Translations under genes and position numbers: made by a program
Notes under the pieces: generated by a model
Database searches by the model: none
Told to the model about the DNA's origin: nothing
Seen by the model: the letters and a program-made list of their open reading frames with translations, nothing else
Virus record (IMG/VR): IMGVR_UViG_3300021387_000357
Span: 1-64,000 of that record
Reading direction: 5' to 3' (one strand)
Origin: a virus
Taxonomy: Duplodnaviria > Caudoviricetes
Length of the DNA stretch: 64,000 nucleotides
Part shown: one piece after another, positions 10,604 through 22,534 of the stretch
Numbering within the stretch: the first letter of the stretch is position 1
Layout of the letters: the number at the start of each line of letters is the position of its first letter

Positions 10604-10937
10604 TTTTACTGACTATATTTCGTTCCTCCTTTCTTGGGCATCCCCTTCGGGGGATGCTTTTCTGTCGGGGCGTTTTTGCGCGCAAAAACGCCGAAATTCC
10701 ATTATATCACACCGCTGCACTTTTTGTCAATAGGAAATTTGCACAAATTTTTCACCTAAAAAATCCCAAAATTTGTGCAAAATTCACCCTTGCAATCTTC
10801 TGCTGGTTGTGGTATATTATACTTGTCAAGAGGACAGGGGAACAAAAAATAAAAAAAATAAAAAAACCTCTTGACAAAACTCAAAAGTATCTGCTATAAT
10901 AAAGACATGGAAAACAACAAGAAAAGAGGAGAAAATA

Positions 10938-11627
10938 ATGGATAAGAGAATTACTTACTATATGGGTCTGGATACTGAAACTTGTAATGGTATCATGGTC
11001 AATGATAAACTTGATCTGTCTCAGTCTCTTGTATACGATATAGGATGGGCAATTTGTGATAAAAGAGGAAACGTATACAAGACACGTTCATTCGTTCTTT
11101 ATGAAACTTTTGTGGGGATGAAAGATGTTATGAGTTCCGCATATTATGCGGAAAAGATTCCGAATTACTGGAAGGAAATTAAATCAGGAAAGAGACAGCT
11201 TGTCAGCATCTGGACGGCATGGAAAATTTTCAAAGATGATCTTGCGGAATATGGCGTAAAAAATGTATTCGCTCATAATGCCGGATTTGATGTAAAAGCG
11301 CTTAATAATACGATTAGATACATTAGCAATTCAAAGTTTCGTTTCTTCTTCCCTCGCAATATCGAAATTTGGGACACTTTAAAGATGAGTCGTCAGGTAA
11401 TCGGAAAACAGAAAACATATATCCGCTTCTGTAATCAGAATGGTTACATGACTAAACACAAGGTTCCTCAGTGTAGACTTACGGCAGAAATTCTTTACAG
11501 ATATATCTCAGGTATTGATGATTTCGATGAAGCGCATACAGGACTTGAAGATGTATTAATTGAAACTGTAATTTTTGCACATTGTCTCAGACAGCACAAG
11601 AAAATGGAAAAGAGATTGTATGTTTAA
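10938..11627 (+). CDS. DEDDh 3'-5' exonuclease
   Basis: LDTET (ExoI), AHNAGFD (ExoII), HTGLED (ExoIII). Confidence 0.85.
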   Translation: MDKRITYYMGLDTETCNGIMVNDKLDLSQSLVYDIGWAICDKRGNVYKTRSFVLYETFVGMKDVMSSAYYAEKIPNYWKEIKSGKRQLVSIWTAWKIFKDDLAEYGVKNVFAHNAGFDVKALNNTIRYISNSKFRFFFPRNIEIWDTLKMSRQVIGKQKTYIRFCNQNGYMTKHKVPQCRLTAEILYRYISGIDDFDEAHTGLEDVLIETVIFAHCLRQHKKMEKRLYV

Positions 11628-11821
11628 AAAACATACAATCTCATACCAAAAAAACTCTTGACATTTTAAAAAAAAATTGATATAATTATTTTACAAGGTA
11701 AGGAAAGTCAAAGAAGTCAAAAACAAAAAATAAAAAAATAAAAAAGTTCTTGACAAAACAAAAGCCTTGTAATATAATAAATACATAAGAAAACAAAAAA
11801 CAAAAGAAAGAGGTGCTGATT

Positions 11822-12163
11822 ATGACTAAAAGAGAGATGTTTACCACTATCCGTGCTATCGTTGCTGATAATGCTGAAATGGTGGCTTTCATTGACCATG
11901 AAATTGAGCTTCTGGATAAGAAAAAGACTTCCGCAAAAAAGCCTACTAAAACTCAGATTGAGAATGAAGGTTTTAAGGCTGATATTATCGCCTATCTCAC
12001 CGAAGCAGATTCCCCTAAGACCATCAAGGAACTTCAGGCAGAGGTTGATTCCCTTGCGAGACTTACGAATCAGCGCATCACGCATCTGCTTACCGATCTT
12101 GTAAAGTCTGAAACGGTGACTAAAGAGTATGTGAAAAAGGTTCCTTACTTCTCCATTGCCTGA
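11822..12163 (+). CDS. winged-helix-like protein, MTKREMF paralog 3
   Basis: Paralog of 7120/10116; GAGGTG RBS. Confidence 0.75.
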   Translation: MTKREMFTTIRAIVADNAEMVAFIDHEIELLDKKKTSAKKPTKTQIENEGFKADIIAYLTEADSPKTIKELQAEVDSLARLTNQRITHLLTDLVKSETVTKEYVKKVPYFSIA

Positions 12164-12261
12164 CGATTTAAAAAAGAGATGGGAAGAAAAATTCTTCCCA
12201 TCTCTTGACAAAACAAAAGGGATGTGATACAATATAGTTACAAAAGAAAGAGAGGTAAACA

Positions 12262-12675
12262 ATGACTTATAATCTGAATGGTAAAAACATCCGCATCCCT
12301 GACGCTGAAATCACTGAATACATGAAATCTTTAAACCTTCCTAAAGATGAAGCTATCAAGGTTTGGCTTGAAGATGAGGGGTATCTTGAAAATGAAGTTG
12401 TAGAAGAGTTAACCAAAAAGGCAAAAGAAAATAAAATCAATCATGAAGCAAAATCAGAAAAGCCCCGTAAAACTGTCAGAAAAGAGCGGAAACCCGATGA
12501 AGAAAAGGAAAAATTAATTGAAATTTTCGCAAATTGTCTGTTAAATACCGCCGATAATTCAGATTTTAACATCAATTCCGTAAAAATCACCAATAAAAGC
12601 AAGGTAATTGAGTTCAATGTTGGTGAAAATCACTATAAACTGGATTTAATCAGACAGCGGCCGCCTAAAAAGTGA
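12262..12675 (+). CDS. conserved phage hypothetical protein
   Basis: Promoter, GAGGT RBS, 137 aa. Confidence 0.75.
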   Translation: MTYNLNGKNIRIPDAEITEYMKSLNLPKDEAIKVWLEDEGYLENEVVEELTKKAKENKINHEAKSEKPRKTVRKERKPDEEKEKLIEIFANCLLNTADNSDFNINSVKITNKSKVIEFNVGENHYKLDLIRQRPPKK

Positions 12676-12928
12676 ATAATCTGACAATTTTCAAATGGTT
12701 TTTCGTCAAAAAACATGACGAAAAACCATTTTTTTTGTACATTTTGCCTATTGACAACCGCATTTTTTTGTGGTATAATGGGCGGCCCGCGCACAACCAG
12801 CGCGGGCCCGAGCTCCAAGTCAATATGTATTTTGCATAAAATTATAACAGATTTTTGTCTAATTTTTCTTATTGACATTTTCCCAAAATCTGTTATAATT
12901 AAATTATAAAAAGAAAGGAAATACAAAA

Positions 12929-14126
12929 ATGAAAATGAATTTTAATAATGCTATTATTAGATATACAATTACAAAAATGGCTGAACTTGCACAGTCTTAT
13001 TCTGAACCTTTTGATGAACATGATAAAGAAGCATTTAATAATAATAATGATTTGCGTATCAAATGGGAAGTTTACGAAAAAATTCTTTTTGATGCCATGG
13101 GAAATAATATTTAAAAAATTCTTGACAGATAAAAACTAATCTGTTATAATTAAAATATCAAAAGAAAGGAAAATAAAAATATGAAAACGACAATGACTAA
13201 AAAAGATGCGTATGATATTATAGTAGGTCTTGTTGAAACAATTGAAAATAAAGATTATGCAGGCGTAGAATATTTTTATGGTTTTACAAGTCTTGACGAT
13301 CCTCATTATGGAGAAGACTATTTAGAACAGAGAGAAAAATTTTTTGAAATTTTAAGAAAAGCACTTGACATCACTGTTTAACTATATTATAATTAAATCA
13401 TCAAAAGAAGGGGGAAGAAAAAATGGATAAAAATATGATTGAACTGAGAATTGATTTTCTGAAACTGATGGATGAATACATTTCTAAACATGGAGACACT
13501 GAAATCTGGAAAGAGTGGCTTCTCAATAGTTGTAAAAAGGAAATTTTTAAAGCTATTGCTGAAAATACTGGCCGTTGGAATTGCATTTGTAAGTTGTTTG
13601 GTGAATTAACTGAAGAGGATGATGAAGATTAAAAAATTTCCTTGACATTTTAATCTTAATCTGATATAATTAAATCATCAAAAAAAGAAAGGAAAATAAA
13701 AATATGGAAACGTGGGAATCAAGAGCAAAGTGTGTTGAACAGGTCTATGGTGGTTATGTAGATTGGGAAGAGCGGTTTTTTGTATGTCCTCAGTGCGGTG
13801 ATGCTGTTTTTGAATGCGATTGGGATGAAAGTGAGTTTCATGATGTGATTTGTCCCATTTGTTGGTTTTATGATGAAGATGAGGAGTAATAAAAAATGTT
13901 AGTTTATCTTAATGATTTGAAAAAAGTTATTGAAGCTTTAAATAACAAAGTTCCAAATCTTAAAACTTTTTGTTCAATTGAAAGTAATTCTCATGGTGAT
14001 TTTGTTATTCATGATGAGAATGCTTACAATGATATTGATACATGGATTGTAAGACATGATGATTTCTCCGTTTGGCATCTGGAAAAGGGTAAATACAAAT
14101 GGGGTGATTGGGTTGAGGTTGAATAA
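12929..14126 (+). CDS. five small hypothetical genes (12929..13114, 13181..13381, 13423..13632, 13704..13889 with CPxC...CPxC, 13896..14126)
   Basis: ORF track; most have their own promoter and RBS. Confidence 0.65.
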
Positions 14127-14481
14127 CCTCAACTTTTTTATTTTTTAAAATTAGTCTTGACAAACCGTTGCGGCTGTGGTATAATTGTCGGGCCGCGGGC
14201 TACCGCCCAGGCCCGCTCCGCCCCTTCGCATCCTATATGGGCTTTTTTTCTAGAACCTTGGCTTTTTCGAATCGAATCCCTAGATTCCCAAAATTCATGC
14301 GGGCGGCAGCGGGACCAATCCTTTTCTTTTATATGGCCGCTGCCGCCAGATTCTTCCGCTTGACAAAATATAAAATTTATAATATAATATAAAAAAAGCC
14401 TTCCTTGCTGACCGCCACTACTTGAAAACTCAAAAAATTTTTGTTATAATATATTTAGAAAATAACAAAGGAGAAAAACAT

Positions 14482-14799
14482 ATGGATCTATATGAAGCAC
14501 TGAAGTCGGGTACTAGCGCAGATGAACTTACTCGTAAGTTTCACGATGAACTGGCTGCTGCCCAGAAGAAGATTAAAAAGGAGAATGGGCTATCTAAAGC
14601 AAGAACTTATCTTGCTGATGCAATCTATGAGTACATGTATGAGCTGACTGGAACAAAGGGTATTTTTTCAGCAAAAGACATTGAGAATGTTATCGAAGAA
14701 GTCATGGAAAAATCTAATGATTTTATGAAGGGTTTTAACAAGAGTCTCAGTGACACTGATGAAGATATTATTAATGCTTTTCTCAAAAGTCTAAAGTAA
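14482..14799 (+). CDS. hypothetical protein
   Basis: AAGGAG RBS before ATG 14482; terminator hairpin at about 14827-14848. Confidence 0.75.
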   Translation: MDLYEALKSGTSADELTRKFHDELAAAQKKIKKENGLSKARTYLADAIYEYMYELTGTKGIFSAKDIENVIEEVMEKSNDFMKGFNKSLSDTDEDIINAFLKSLK

Positions 14800-14940
14800 T
14801 ATTTATAATAATTTAATATATAACAATAGCCAGGGAGAGATTCCTGGCTTGTTGTAGTTGGCGTAAACGGTCGTCTTATCGCTTTACGGTAGCGTATAGG
14901 TCACTGGTCCCGCGCCTGACACCTCACACAATTTTTAGCA

Positions 14941-15215
14941 ATATTATCCAATTTTTAATGATATTATCCAATTCTTTAATAATATTATATAATTTTTAAT
15001 AATAAATAATATTATATAATTTTAATAATATCATACGTCTTTAATAATACCCTATAATTCTTAATAATACTATATATTCTTTAATAAATAATATTATTTA
15101 TTTATTTATTTTTAATAATATTATATAATTTTAACCCACTATCTAATTTCCAATAGCATCATATAATTTTTAACGATTTCCCGTCTCATCTTATAATATT
15201 TAATAATATTATATT
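14941..15215. repeat. AT-rich ~20-bp imperfect tandem repeats (ATATTATATAATTTTTAATA-like) at the strand-convergence point
   Basis: About 8-10 degenerate units, followed by a strongly C-skewed stretch to 15440. Confidence 0.75.
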
Positions 15216-15440
15216 ACATCCCACATCATAATCAATTCCCCCGTCCTCTTCCTCTTACTTCTCCATACAATAGCAAAAATTACCTAAGAAACTACTCCCC
15301 AAAATACCCAATACAACGCAATATACACAAAAGCCAACATCATCTCTCTTCCCTTATAATCAACACAACAACCCCAACCGCAAAAATTAAATAAAATTTA
15401 ATAAACTATTCCAATACCCGCTAAATCACCTCAAAAAACA

Positions 15441-15695
15441 TCAATACTCTTTATATTCCTTTATTCCCCCAATAGCATCAATAACATCAAAATCCTTCCT
15501 TAACCCCTCAAGACTCTTATATCTAGTATACATAGTAACTCCATCATAACTAGTCACATTAATCAACATACAATCCCCCTCTATCTTTATCTCATCAATA
15601 GCATAAGGTAAATCGTTGCGGGCATGCAGCTTGTTGTCACCATTCTTCGCCTGTAAAAATTGCATTTTTATTTCCTCCTTCAAAAAAATTTTCAT
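15441..15695 (-). CDS. hypothetical protein
   Basis: ORF track; GGAGG RBS before MQFLQ. Confidence 0.6.
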   Translation of the reverse strand: MKIFLKEEIKMQFLQAKNGDNKLHARNDLPYAIDEIKIEGDCMLINVTSYDGVTMYTRYKSLEGLRKDFDVIDAIGGIKEYKEY

Positions 15696-15988
15696 TTCAT
15701 TTTTTCTTAGTTACCTTTTGATGCGGTTAATTATACCCCTTTATTTTTATTCCGCCCTCATTTTCAAATCATTTATTTAAATATGCGGGATTTTTAATTA
15801 CTTTTCTCCATCTCTCCCATATATCTCCGACTGATTTTTAATTACAATTAATTTATTAGCGATTTCCGTCCAATTTTTCATTTCGATTTTCGCAGTGGGT
15901 CCCTCTCCCTCACATACCTTACCAAAAATTCCAATTTTGTTGCAAACATCTAATTTTTAATAAAATATTTAGGGGCGAAAAGTTTCTC

Positions 15989-16134
15989 TAAAGGACTGAT
16001 TATCTTGAGCGAAGCGAAAGATAATTCAGTCCTTTATTACTTAAAAAATTACTCTCTTATTACTTAGAATTAAGTAGTTTTTTCCCTAACTAACGTAGTT
16101 TTTTACCCATGACTAACGTAGTTTTTTACCCATT
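15989..16134. other. putative replication origin: 18-bp stem with GAGCGAAGCG loop plus iteron-like direct repeats
   Basis: Hairpin 15989-16036; ACTAACGTAGTTTTTTACCCAT twice (16089-16134) plus a partial copy; related repeats at 16879-16930. Confidence 0.55.
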
Positions 16135-16145
16135 TTAATAAAATA

Positions 16146-16781
16146 TCATTTGACAAAATTTGTCTTATAATCATATGAAAAATTTATTAACCGTAATTTA
16201 GGTATACGCCCCTCATAATAAGAAACAAATTCAATTAATCCATTGTTCATTAAAGCATCTAATCCATCTTTAATAAAAACTCTACTATTCTAACTATTTA
16301 CACTTAACCCCAAATGTTCTGCAATTTCTTTTAATGTAAAAGAATATTTAAAATTATTAATGCTTGCATATTTATATCTTTGCCCTAAATAAATATAAAT
16401 CTTAATAACATCTCCCTTAATAGTATTTTGAATAAATCTTAAAGTCTCCAATGGAATTTTAAAAAAGATAGTTTCTTTTTTAGGTAATAAATAATACTAA
16501 CCCATATCCTATACATATCCAGTATTAATTAAAATATTCAAATATTTTCTTAATGTTTTTGTTGATTTTATTTTTACAGCTTTACAAAAATCACTCTGAG
16601 AACCTATTTCAAATTTATCTACTCTAGTTTCATAATTTTTAATACCATCTTTTTCAATCATTATTGGCATTGATTTACTTTGTAAGTAAGCATATAATCT
16701 ACCATCTATATTTTTATTATTTAAAAAAGTTAATATCTCCATACTCGTATCGGCAGGGAAATGTTTTTCAATAATTGACAT
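16146..16781 (-). CDS. double winged-helix protein, replication-initiator-like (three in-frame TAG)
   Basis: ORF 16509..16781 continues through TAGs to TGA at 16146 (211 aa); HTH-like STKTLRKYLNIL and FTLKEIAEHLGLS; flanked by iteron-like repeats. Confidence 0.65.
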
Positions 16782-17126
16782 ATAAAATCCTCCTAAATAT
16801 ATTCCTTCTACATATATTTAAAATTATTTTATATAAATTAAACATTTTTACCCAAAAATTTTAAATATTTACCCAACAACCGTAGTTTTTTCCCTAACAA
16901 ACATATTTTTTTACCTAAAATTTTTACCCTTTAATAATGCGGCGATCGTAGGTATAAAGCTTCACTTAACGAGCCCCGCCGCATTTAAATTCAAAAATAC
17001 TCACGCTTGAACTTTTTATTTTTAATATCCACAGCCTTATCCAATGCCTCTCTAACATAAAAAATATAATTTTCTAAGTTTCTCATTGGCAGCATTTACA
17101 TTTTCAATAGAAAAAAGCAAATTTAA

Positions 17127-18139
17127 TTAATCATTATAAATTTCATCTTCTCCATTATCATTACCGCCCTTTTCTCCATCATTTAATATTTCATCATCAA
17201 AAACATAATAATTTTCAGCAATATCCGCAATTTTTTCAACCACCCGCATCATATCTTTTTGATTATTATTCCATTGCTTTTGAAACATCTCTTCTAAATT
17301 ATCAACCGCCTTTTTAGCACCATTTTTCAAAGTTTTTCTATAATGCGGATATTTTTTCATCATTTGTCTTCTTTCTTGTCTATTCACTTACAATCATCCT
17401 CCACAATATAATAAGGATGTATTTTATTCATAGCTTTTATAGCATCTTCAATAGACATCTATATAATAGTATCATGATTTTTCTTTAATTGTTTTTCAAT
17501 TGCAGATTCTTTTAATAAAATACTAACTAAAATCTAATGATTATTATCTAAACATTCAATAATATTATTCATTAATAACACAAAAATAAAAATAACAACA
17601 AATCCAATACCTAATAACAAATATTTCATGCGGCGTCCCCGTTTAAGAGATCTCTTCGACGGGTTTTACCTCCTCTCCATTCTCTTCTTCTATGACGTCA
17701 TGAAGCTCATTTTCCGCAACATTAATAATAACTATATTCTCTTTTTCATCTGTCTCTCTTGATAAATCCCTTTGGATATATGCGTGATTTCTTTTTACAA
17801 AAATTGTTCCGCAAGTTCCATTATCATTTATTTTTACAACTCCTCGCTTAGCGCAAAATGCCCCATCATTATAGGGGCATATTTGCACATCACATTCTAT
17901 CACTGTCATTCTTTTTCCTCAGCTAATTTCACTTTTTCTTTTGCTTTTCTTTTGTCAATTAAAACGCCCCAAATAGAGACACCATCTTCATCCTTAAATT
18001 CAGCCACACCAACAGCCGCATCAATCATATCTACCATTTTTTCAGCAGATTTTTCACTTCTATCTTTTGGATAAACTACTGCAAATAAATTATTATCTAA
18101 CATTTCCTTTATGTACTTTTCAGTTGTATTATCGTTCAT
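17127..18139 (-). CDS. small hypothetical genes (17127..17387, 17643..17909 with Cys motif, 17906..18139)
   Basis: ORF track; RBSs; overlapping stop/start. Confidence 0.6.
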
Positions 18140-18285
18140 ATGAACACTCCTTTATTTTTATTTTTCTATTTATATTATATAATAAAATTTTTGGTTTGTC
18201 CAATCTTCTCTTCCACTTATCTTCTTTTCTATTGATTTTTTAATAATTTTTTTATATAATAACAATATAAAAAGGAGAAATAATT

Positions 18286-18792
18286 ATGTGGACGATAGAT
18301 AAAATTACCAATCTTTGCATTGAATATTGCGGGAAGGCAGATGTGAAGTTCAATTCACCTGTGGTTATCAACGGAAGGCTAACTCGTACTCTTGGAAGAT
18401 GCTTCTATGAAAGAGTGGGAACTATCTGGAATCCCATAAAAATTGAAATTTCGCGGCAACTTCTTGAAACATCTACTGATGAATCTATTGAAGCGGTTAT
18501 TGCTCATGAGTGCGCCCATTATGTAGTTTGCGCACTTACGCATGAAAGTCATGGACATGATTCTACGTTTAAATATTATTGTAATATAATTGGAACTAAT
18601 AATAATATGACCCATTATGATGATCTTCAGCGTACAAAAGGTAATGAAGAGATTTATAAATACACTCTCTATTGTTCAAAGTGTGGAAAATTTGTTGGCG
18701 GAAGATCTCGTGCTTGTAATATTACTAAAAACCCTGAAAATTATTTTACAAAATGTTGTGAAGCAAAAGTTGAAGTTATAAAAAATTGGTGA
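18286..18792 (+). CDS. SprT-like zinc metalloprotease
   Basis: INGRLTRTLGR, HECAH, HGHD and C-terminal CxxC, the SprT pattern. Confidence 0.85.
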   Translation: MWTIDKITNLCIEYCGKADVKFNSPVVINGRLTRTLGRCFYERVGTIWNPIKIEISRQLLETSTDESIEAVIAHECAHYVVCALTHESHGHDSTFKYYCNIIGTNNNMTHYDDLQRTKGNEEIYKYTLYCSKCGKFVGGRSRACNITKNPENYFTKCCEAKVEVIKNW

Positions 18793-19156
18793 TTAAAGAT
18801 GAAATGTGATAATTGTGAATATTTAAAAGATGTATTTGGTAATTTTGTTCAATGTATAAAAACTGGAAGATTTCTTAATTATGAATATTGGAATAATGAA
18901 GATCCTACAGACTGTCCTTTAAATTTAAAAGAACAAAATATAAAAAAGGAGAAAAAATAACTGGAGATGAATTAATTGGTTTTATTATTGCAAACCATTT
19001 AGAAGATTATGAATTTGTAAGATATGAGTATGGAGATATAAATGATATTTATCCAGAAATAGATGATGAAAATCATCGAGTATTAATTTAATTTATTGAT
19101 TTTTTAAAAATTTTATTTTATAATATATATAGAAAATAAAAAGAGGTGATTTAACA

Positions 19157-20507
19157 ATGTATAAGTCTTATAGAAGAAATCGTAAACAGCATCGTATTAA
19201 TGGAGATAAGAGAAATCGAATTGGACTTCCTACTGGTATTCTTGCTTCTGATGGAAGTGAGTTACTTACCGGAGATAAAATCTTTTTTAGTAAGAGCGTT
19301 TGTATTGTTCTTTATGGGGGCAGAGATCTTAATACGTTTGAGGCTTGTCCTGTTAAGTGGTGTTGGTTTGGAGAGAAGAATCTTATGGATTATCGTTGTT
19401 ACAGCACTTCTTTCACTCTTCCAAAAGATAATGGTGCTAAGATGACGATTTTTAAAATTGATTAAAGGAGCTTATTATGAATACTTCTTATGCAGCTGTT
19501 GAGATGGCGGTTAATCTTGTTATTGAAAATCTTGAAGCAAATCATATTACCAGTGATACCAACAGTATTCGTAACAGAGTTCTTAGTTGGTATAATCATT
19601 CTGATATTGTAGATGCGGAAATGCTTGCGAGTTGTACTCTTATGGGAAAAGATTGGTTTCCTGGAGCTACTTATCAATATATGGTAGATGCCAAAAAGTG
19701 GTGGTTCCCGCAAGATCCTTATGACAATATCTCTATTTGGGAAATTGAATCCGCGCAGTATGATGCAATGTGGAGGTGAATAAATGGCATCTGAAAATAC
19801 GATAATTAAAAAACCCCCATTGGGAGCGCCGCCAGCTTATATTATGATTGAAGCAAGAATTAAAGAGTTGGGTGAAGCTATTGGTCGATATGATAGCTTG
19901 ACACAAACAACAGATCAGATCAGGTCTTGGGCAAAAGAAGTTTTAATTTATTGTGATACAAGTGATGCAATAAAAAATATTCAAAAAGAAACAAAAACCG
20001 AAGAACCACTTGAAGTTATAACAGAAGAAAAATCTAATTGGGGTTCATTTTCTTCTACTTTAATAAGAGAGTATTGTCCTAAGTGTCATACCCAAATATT
20101 AGAATATTTTTATTCTGATAATGAGCGAATGACTACAAAGTATTGTTGTAATTGCGGACAGAGGTTAAAATTTACTAAAAAAATATACAATTAAAAAGGA
20201 AAAATTATATAATATGCAAAAAGAAAATGAATTAATTACAAAAATTGCAGCAATTAACGCTGCAATTGAAGCTGTTGATAGCTGGTGGGATGGAGTAACT
20301 AGCATTGGACGGCAGAAACGGATTGAGAAAGCTATAATGGCACTGCCGTCCGCACAGTATGGGGAAGATATTAGAGCAATGTGCGGCGAGTGTGATGCAT
20401 GGAATAAATATAAGAATTATTCACAATCAGAGCGATTTAATCCATGCACCGTATGTCAAGAGTTTGATTGTACAGGATGTAAGTTTAAGAGGACTAAAGG
20501 ACGGTAA
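19157..20507 (+). CDS. four hypothetical genes (19157..19465, 19477..19779, 19784..20194, 20214..20507)
   Basis: ORF track; RBSs; tight spacing; two carry CxxC pairs. Confidence 0.7.
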
Positions 20508-20512
20508 ATAGT

Positions 20513-22082
20513 ATGAGTGAAAAAGATTTAGACATTGCCATCGAAAAATGCAAGCGCATCATGGAGTTTGATACGCGAACGCTGAAAAATCCCGAGTCAG
20601 AAAATGGATATATATTTGAAAAAGTTTATGATTTGCTTCAGTTTCTTTCGCAATTCCAGCTTGAGACAAATACAGAAGTCAGCGGCATGGATTCCTCCCA
20701 GACCGCTGATACTCGTCCAGTAGTGCATGGGAAGTGGATTGGTAGTGATACGCAATGTGGTATTGCGTGTTCAGTGTGCGGTACACCTGTGGACGATTTT
20801 TGTGGAAGTATTGACTATATTCTTTTGGAGTATAAACCAAATTTCTGTCCCCACTGTGGTGCTGACATGAGAGAGAATGATGAATGCGATTGTAGTTCTT
20901 CATGATGCTGATTATAAACTTGATCACAATGAAATAACACTTGAAGAATATTTAAAGTTAATTAAACCATTGGAAGATGTAGTTCCAGTAATTAGATGTG
21001 AGAACTGCACCTTTTGGGATAGAGATCATATTTCTCGTAAGGGTTTTGCTAAGTGTCGCACTGGAGAGGGTGGAATTAGATATCGAAATCGAAGTGATTT
21101 TTGCAGTAAGGGAGCGAGAATGGATGGCAACGGAAACGACTGATAAAAAATATTGCGAGAATTGTTGTTATACTGGGGCAGGATGGATACATTATCCTAA
21201 TTATATAGTTTTTCCTTGTGAATGTAAAGATTCTCCATATTATGGATTTATAGTTTCACGTAAAGACACATGCGAAAGGTGGAAAAAAGAAGATGAATAA
21301 TGACACGATCAGTAGAGCGGCGGCGGTTAACCTTGCAATGTGTTACTGCCCAAATGATGATGGAACATGTGATAAAGGCGGTAAAGATTTGCGAGATTTA
21401 CTAGACGATCTTGAGAACTTGCCGCCCGCACAGCAGTGGATTCCGGTGACGGTAAAACTACCAGACGAAAGCGGAACATATCTGGTTACTATCAGTTATA
21501 AAGACGGAGGTAGTGATGATACTGACTTGATCTGGTACAGCTCTCATTGGAGAGAGTGGAATGAAGGAGAGCTGTCCGGTGGGAAGGTGATCGCATGGCA
21601 ACCTAAACCTAAACCGTGGAAAGGAAGACAGGATGACACTTGATGAAGCAATTAAACACGCAGAAGAAGTGGCAAAGCAAAATGAAGAAGATGCCATTAT
21701 CTACTCAAATTGTAAAAATCACAAAAAGAATCTTTGTGAAATAAAATTAGTCGAAAATGCAGAAAAGAGGTGCTGCAAATGTGCTGAAGAACACAGGCAG
21801 CTTGCAGAATGGCTGAAAGAATTGAAGCAACTAAGAGAGCAGACAAGGTGGACTCCGTGCAGTAAGAAACCGCCTGAACCATTTAAACCTGTCTTTATAC
21901 AGGATTTTTGCGGAGGTTATGATCTCGCTAGGTATATACCGCCAAGAATAAAACCTCAAAAGTATCCAAACGGATATTGGGGAGAAATAGATAGTGTTGA
22001 TTACGATTATTTCGATGTTGAAGCGTGGTATCCACTACCTGAGGAGTATCACCCGGAAGGAGATAAGGATGAAAAAAATTAA
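20513..22082 (+). CDS. zinc-ribbon/DUF551-like accessory genes (20513..20905, 20877..21143, 21293..21643, 21633..22082)
   Basis: HGKWI...CSVCG...CPHCGADM; WIPVTVKLPDESG...VIAWQPKP (DUF551 pattern); overlapping stop/starts. Confidence 0.65.
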
Positions 22083-22305
22083 ACCCTGTCCATCCTGTGG
22101 AGGTAAGGCGATTCTTGTACACATCTCATATGATAATTTATATTGGGTAAGCTGTAATGATCCAAACTGTCTTATGCATATAGGTACATATACTAGAACG
22201 GAACCAGAGGCAGCAATTGAAATTTGGAATCACCGCCCCGGAGAAGAGGAAGCATATCGCCGTGGAGTGCAGGGATTGCCGATGGAAGGAGATGACACAA
22301 TATAA
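22069..22305 (+). CDS. Lar-family (restriction alleviation)-like zinc-ribbon protein
   Basis: IKPCPSCGGKA...VSC...C...AAIEIWNHR pattern. Confidence 0.65.
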   Translation: MKKIKPCPSCGGKAILVHISYDNLYWVSCNDPNCLMHIGTYTRTEPEAAIEIWNHRPGEEEAYRRGVQGLPMEGDDTI

Positions 22306-22308
22306 TAA

Positions 22309-22515
22309 ATGACTAAATATATATTGATAGTTTCTGCGTCTATTGGCGTGATGTTTATTTATGTGCTTATAATCGGATTAATTAGTTTGTTTTTTACAGA
22401 TCTTAAGACAGATGATACATCAAGTGATTATGATTATGCTATAACTGCAAACATTTTTCAAGCCATTATTGTCTTTTGGATAATATGTGAAAAAATAACT
22501 GAATTAATGAAATGA
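22309..22515 (+). CDS. small membrane protein
   Basis: Two hydrophobic segments. Confidence 0.55.
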   Translation: MTKYILIVSASIGVMFIYVLIIGLISLFFTDLKTDDTSSDYDYAITANIFQAIIVFWIICEKITELMK

Positions 22516-22534
22516 ATGGAAGGAAATAATAAAT

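Larger units (their letters stand above)
1560..14800 (+). promoter_or_regulatory. dense array of sigmaA/sigma70-type early promoters, roughly one per small gene
   Basis: Repeated TTGACA-N17-(TG)TATAAT followed by purine-rich leader and AGGA/GGGG RBS, e.g. near 1833, 2190, 3412, 3809, 4504, 5599, 7043, 7812, 8260, 9236, 10041, 10871, 11750, 13121. Confidence 0.9.

Noticed and set aside
63-14800. Many minus-strand ORFs in the six-frame track (e.g. 6922..7383, 9849..10379, 11717..12262)
   Set aside because: Shadows of plus-strand genes or promoters; no RBS, and Phe/Leu/Ser-rich composition expected from the reverse of A-rich DNA
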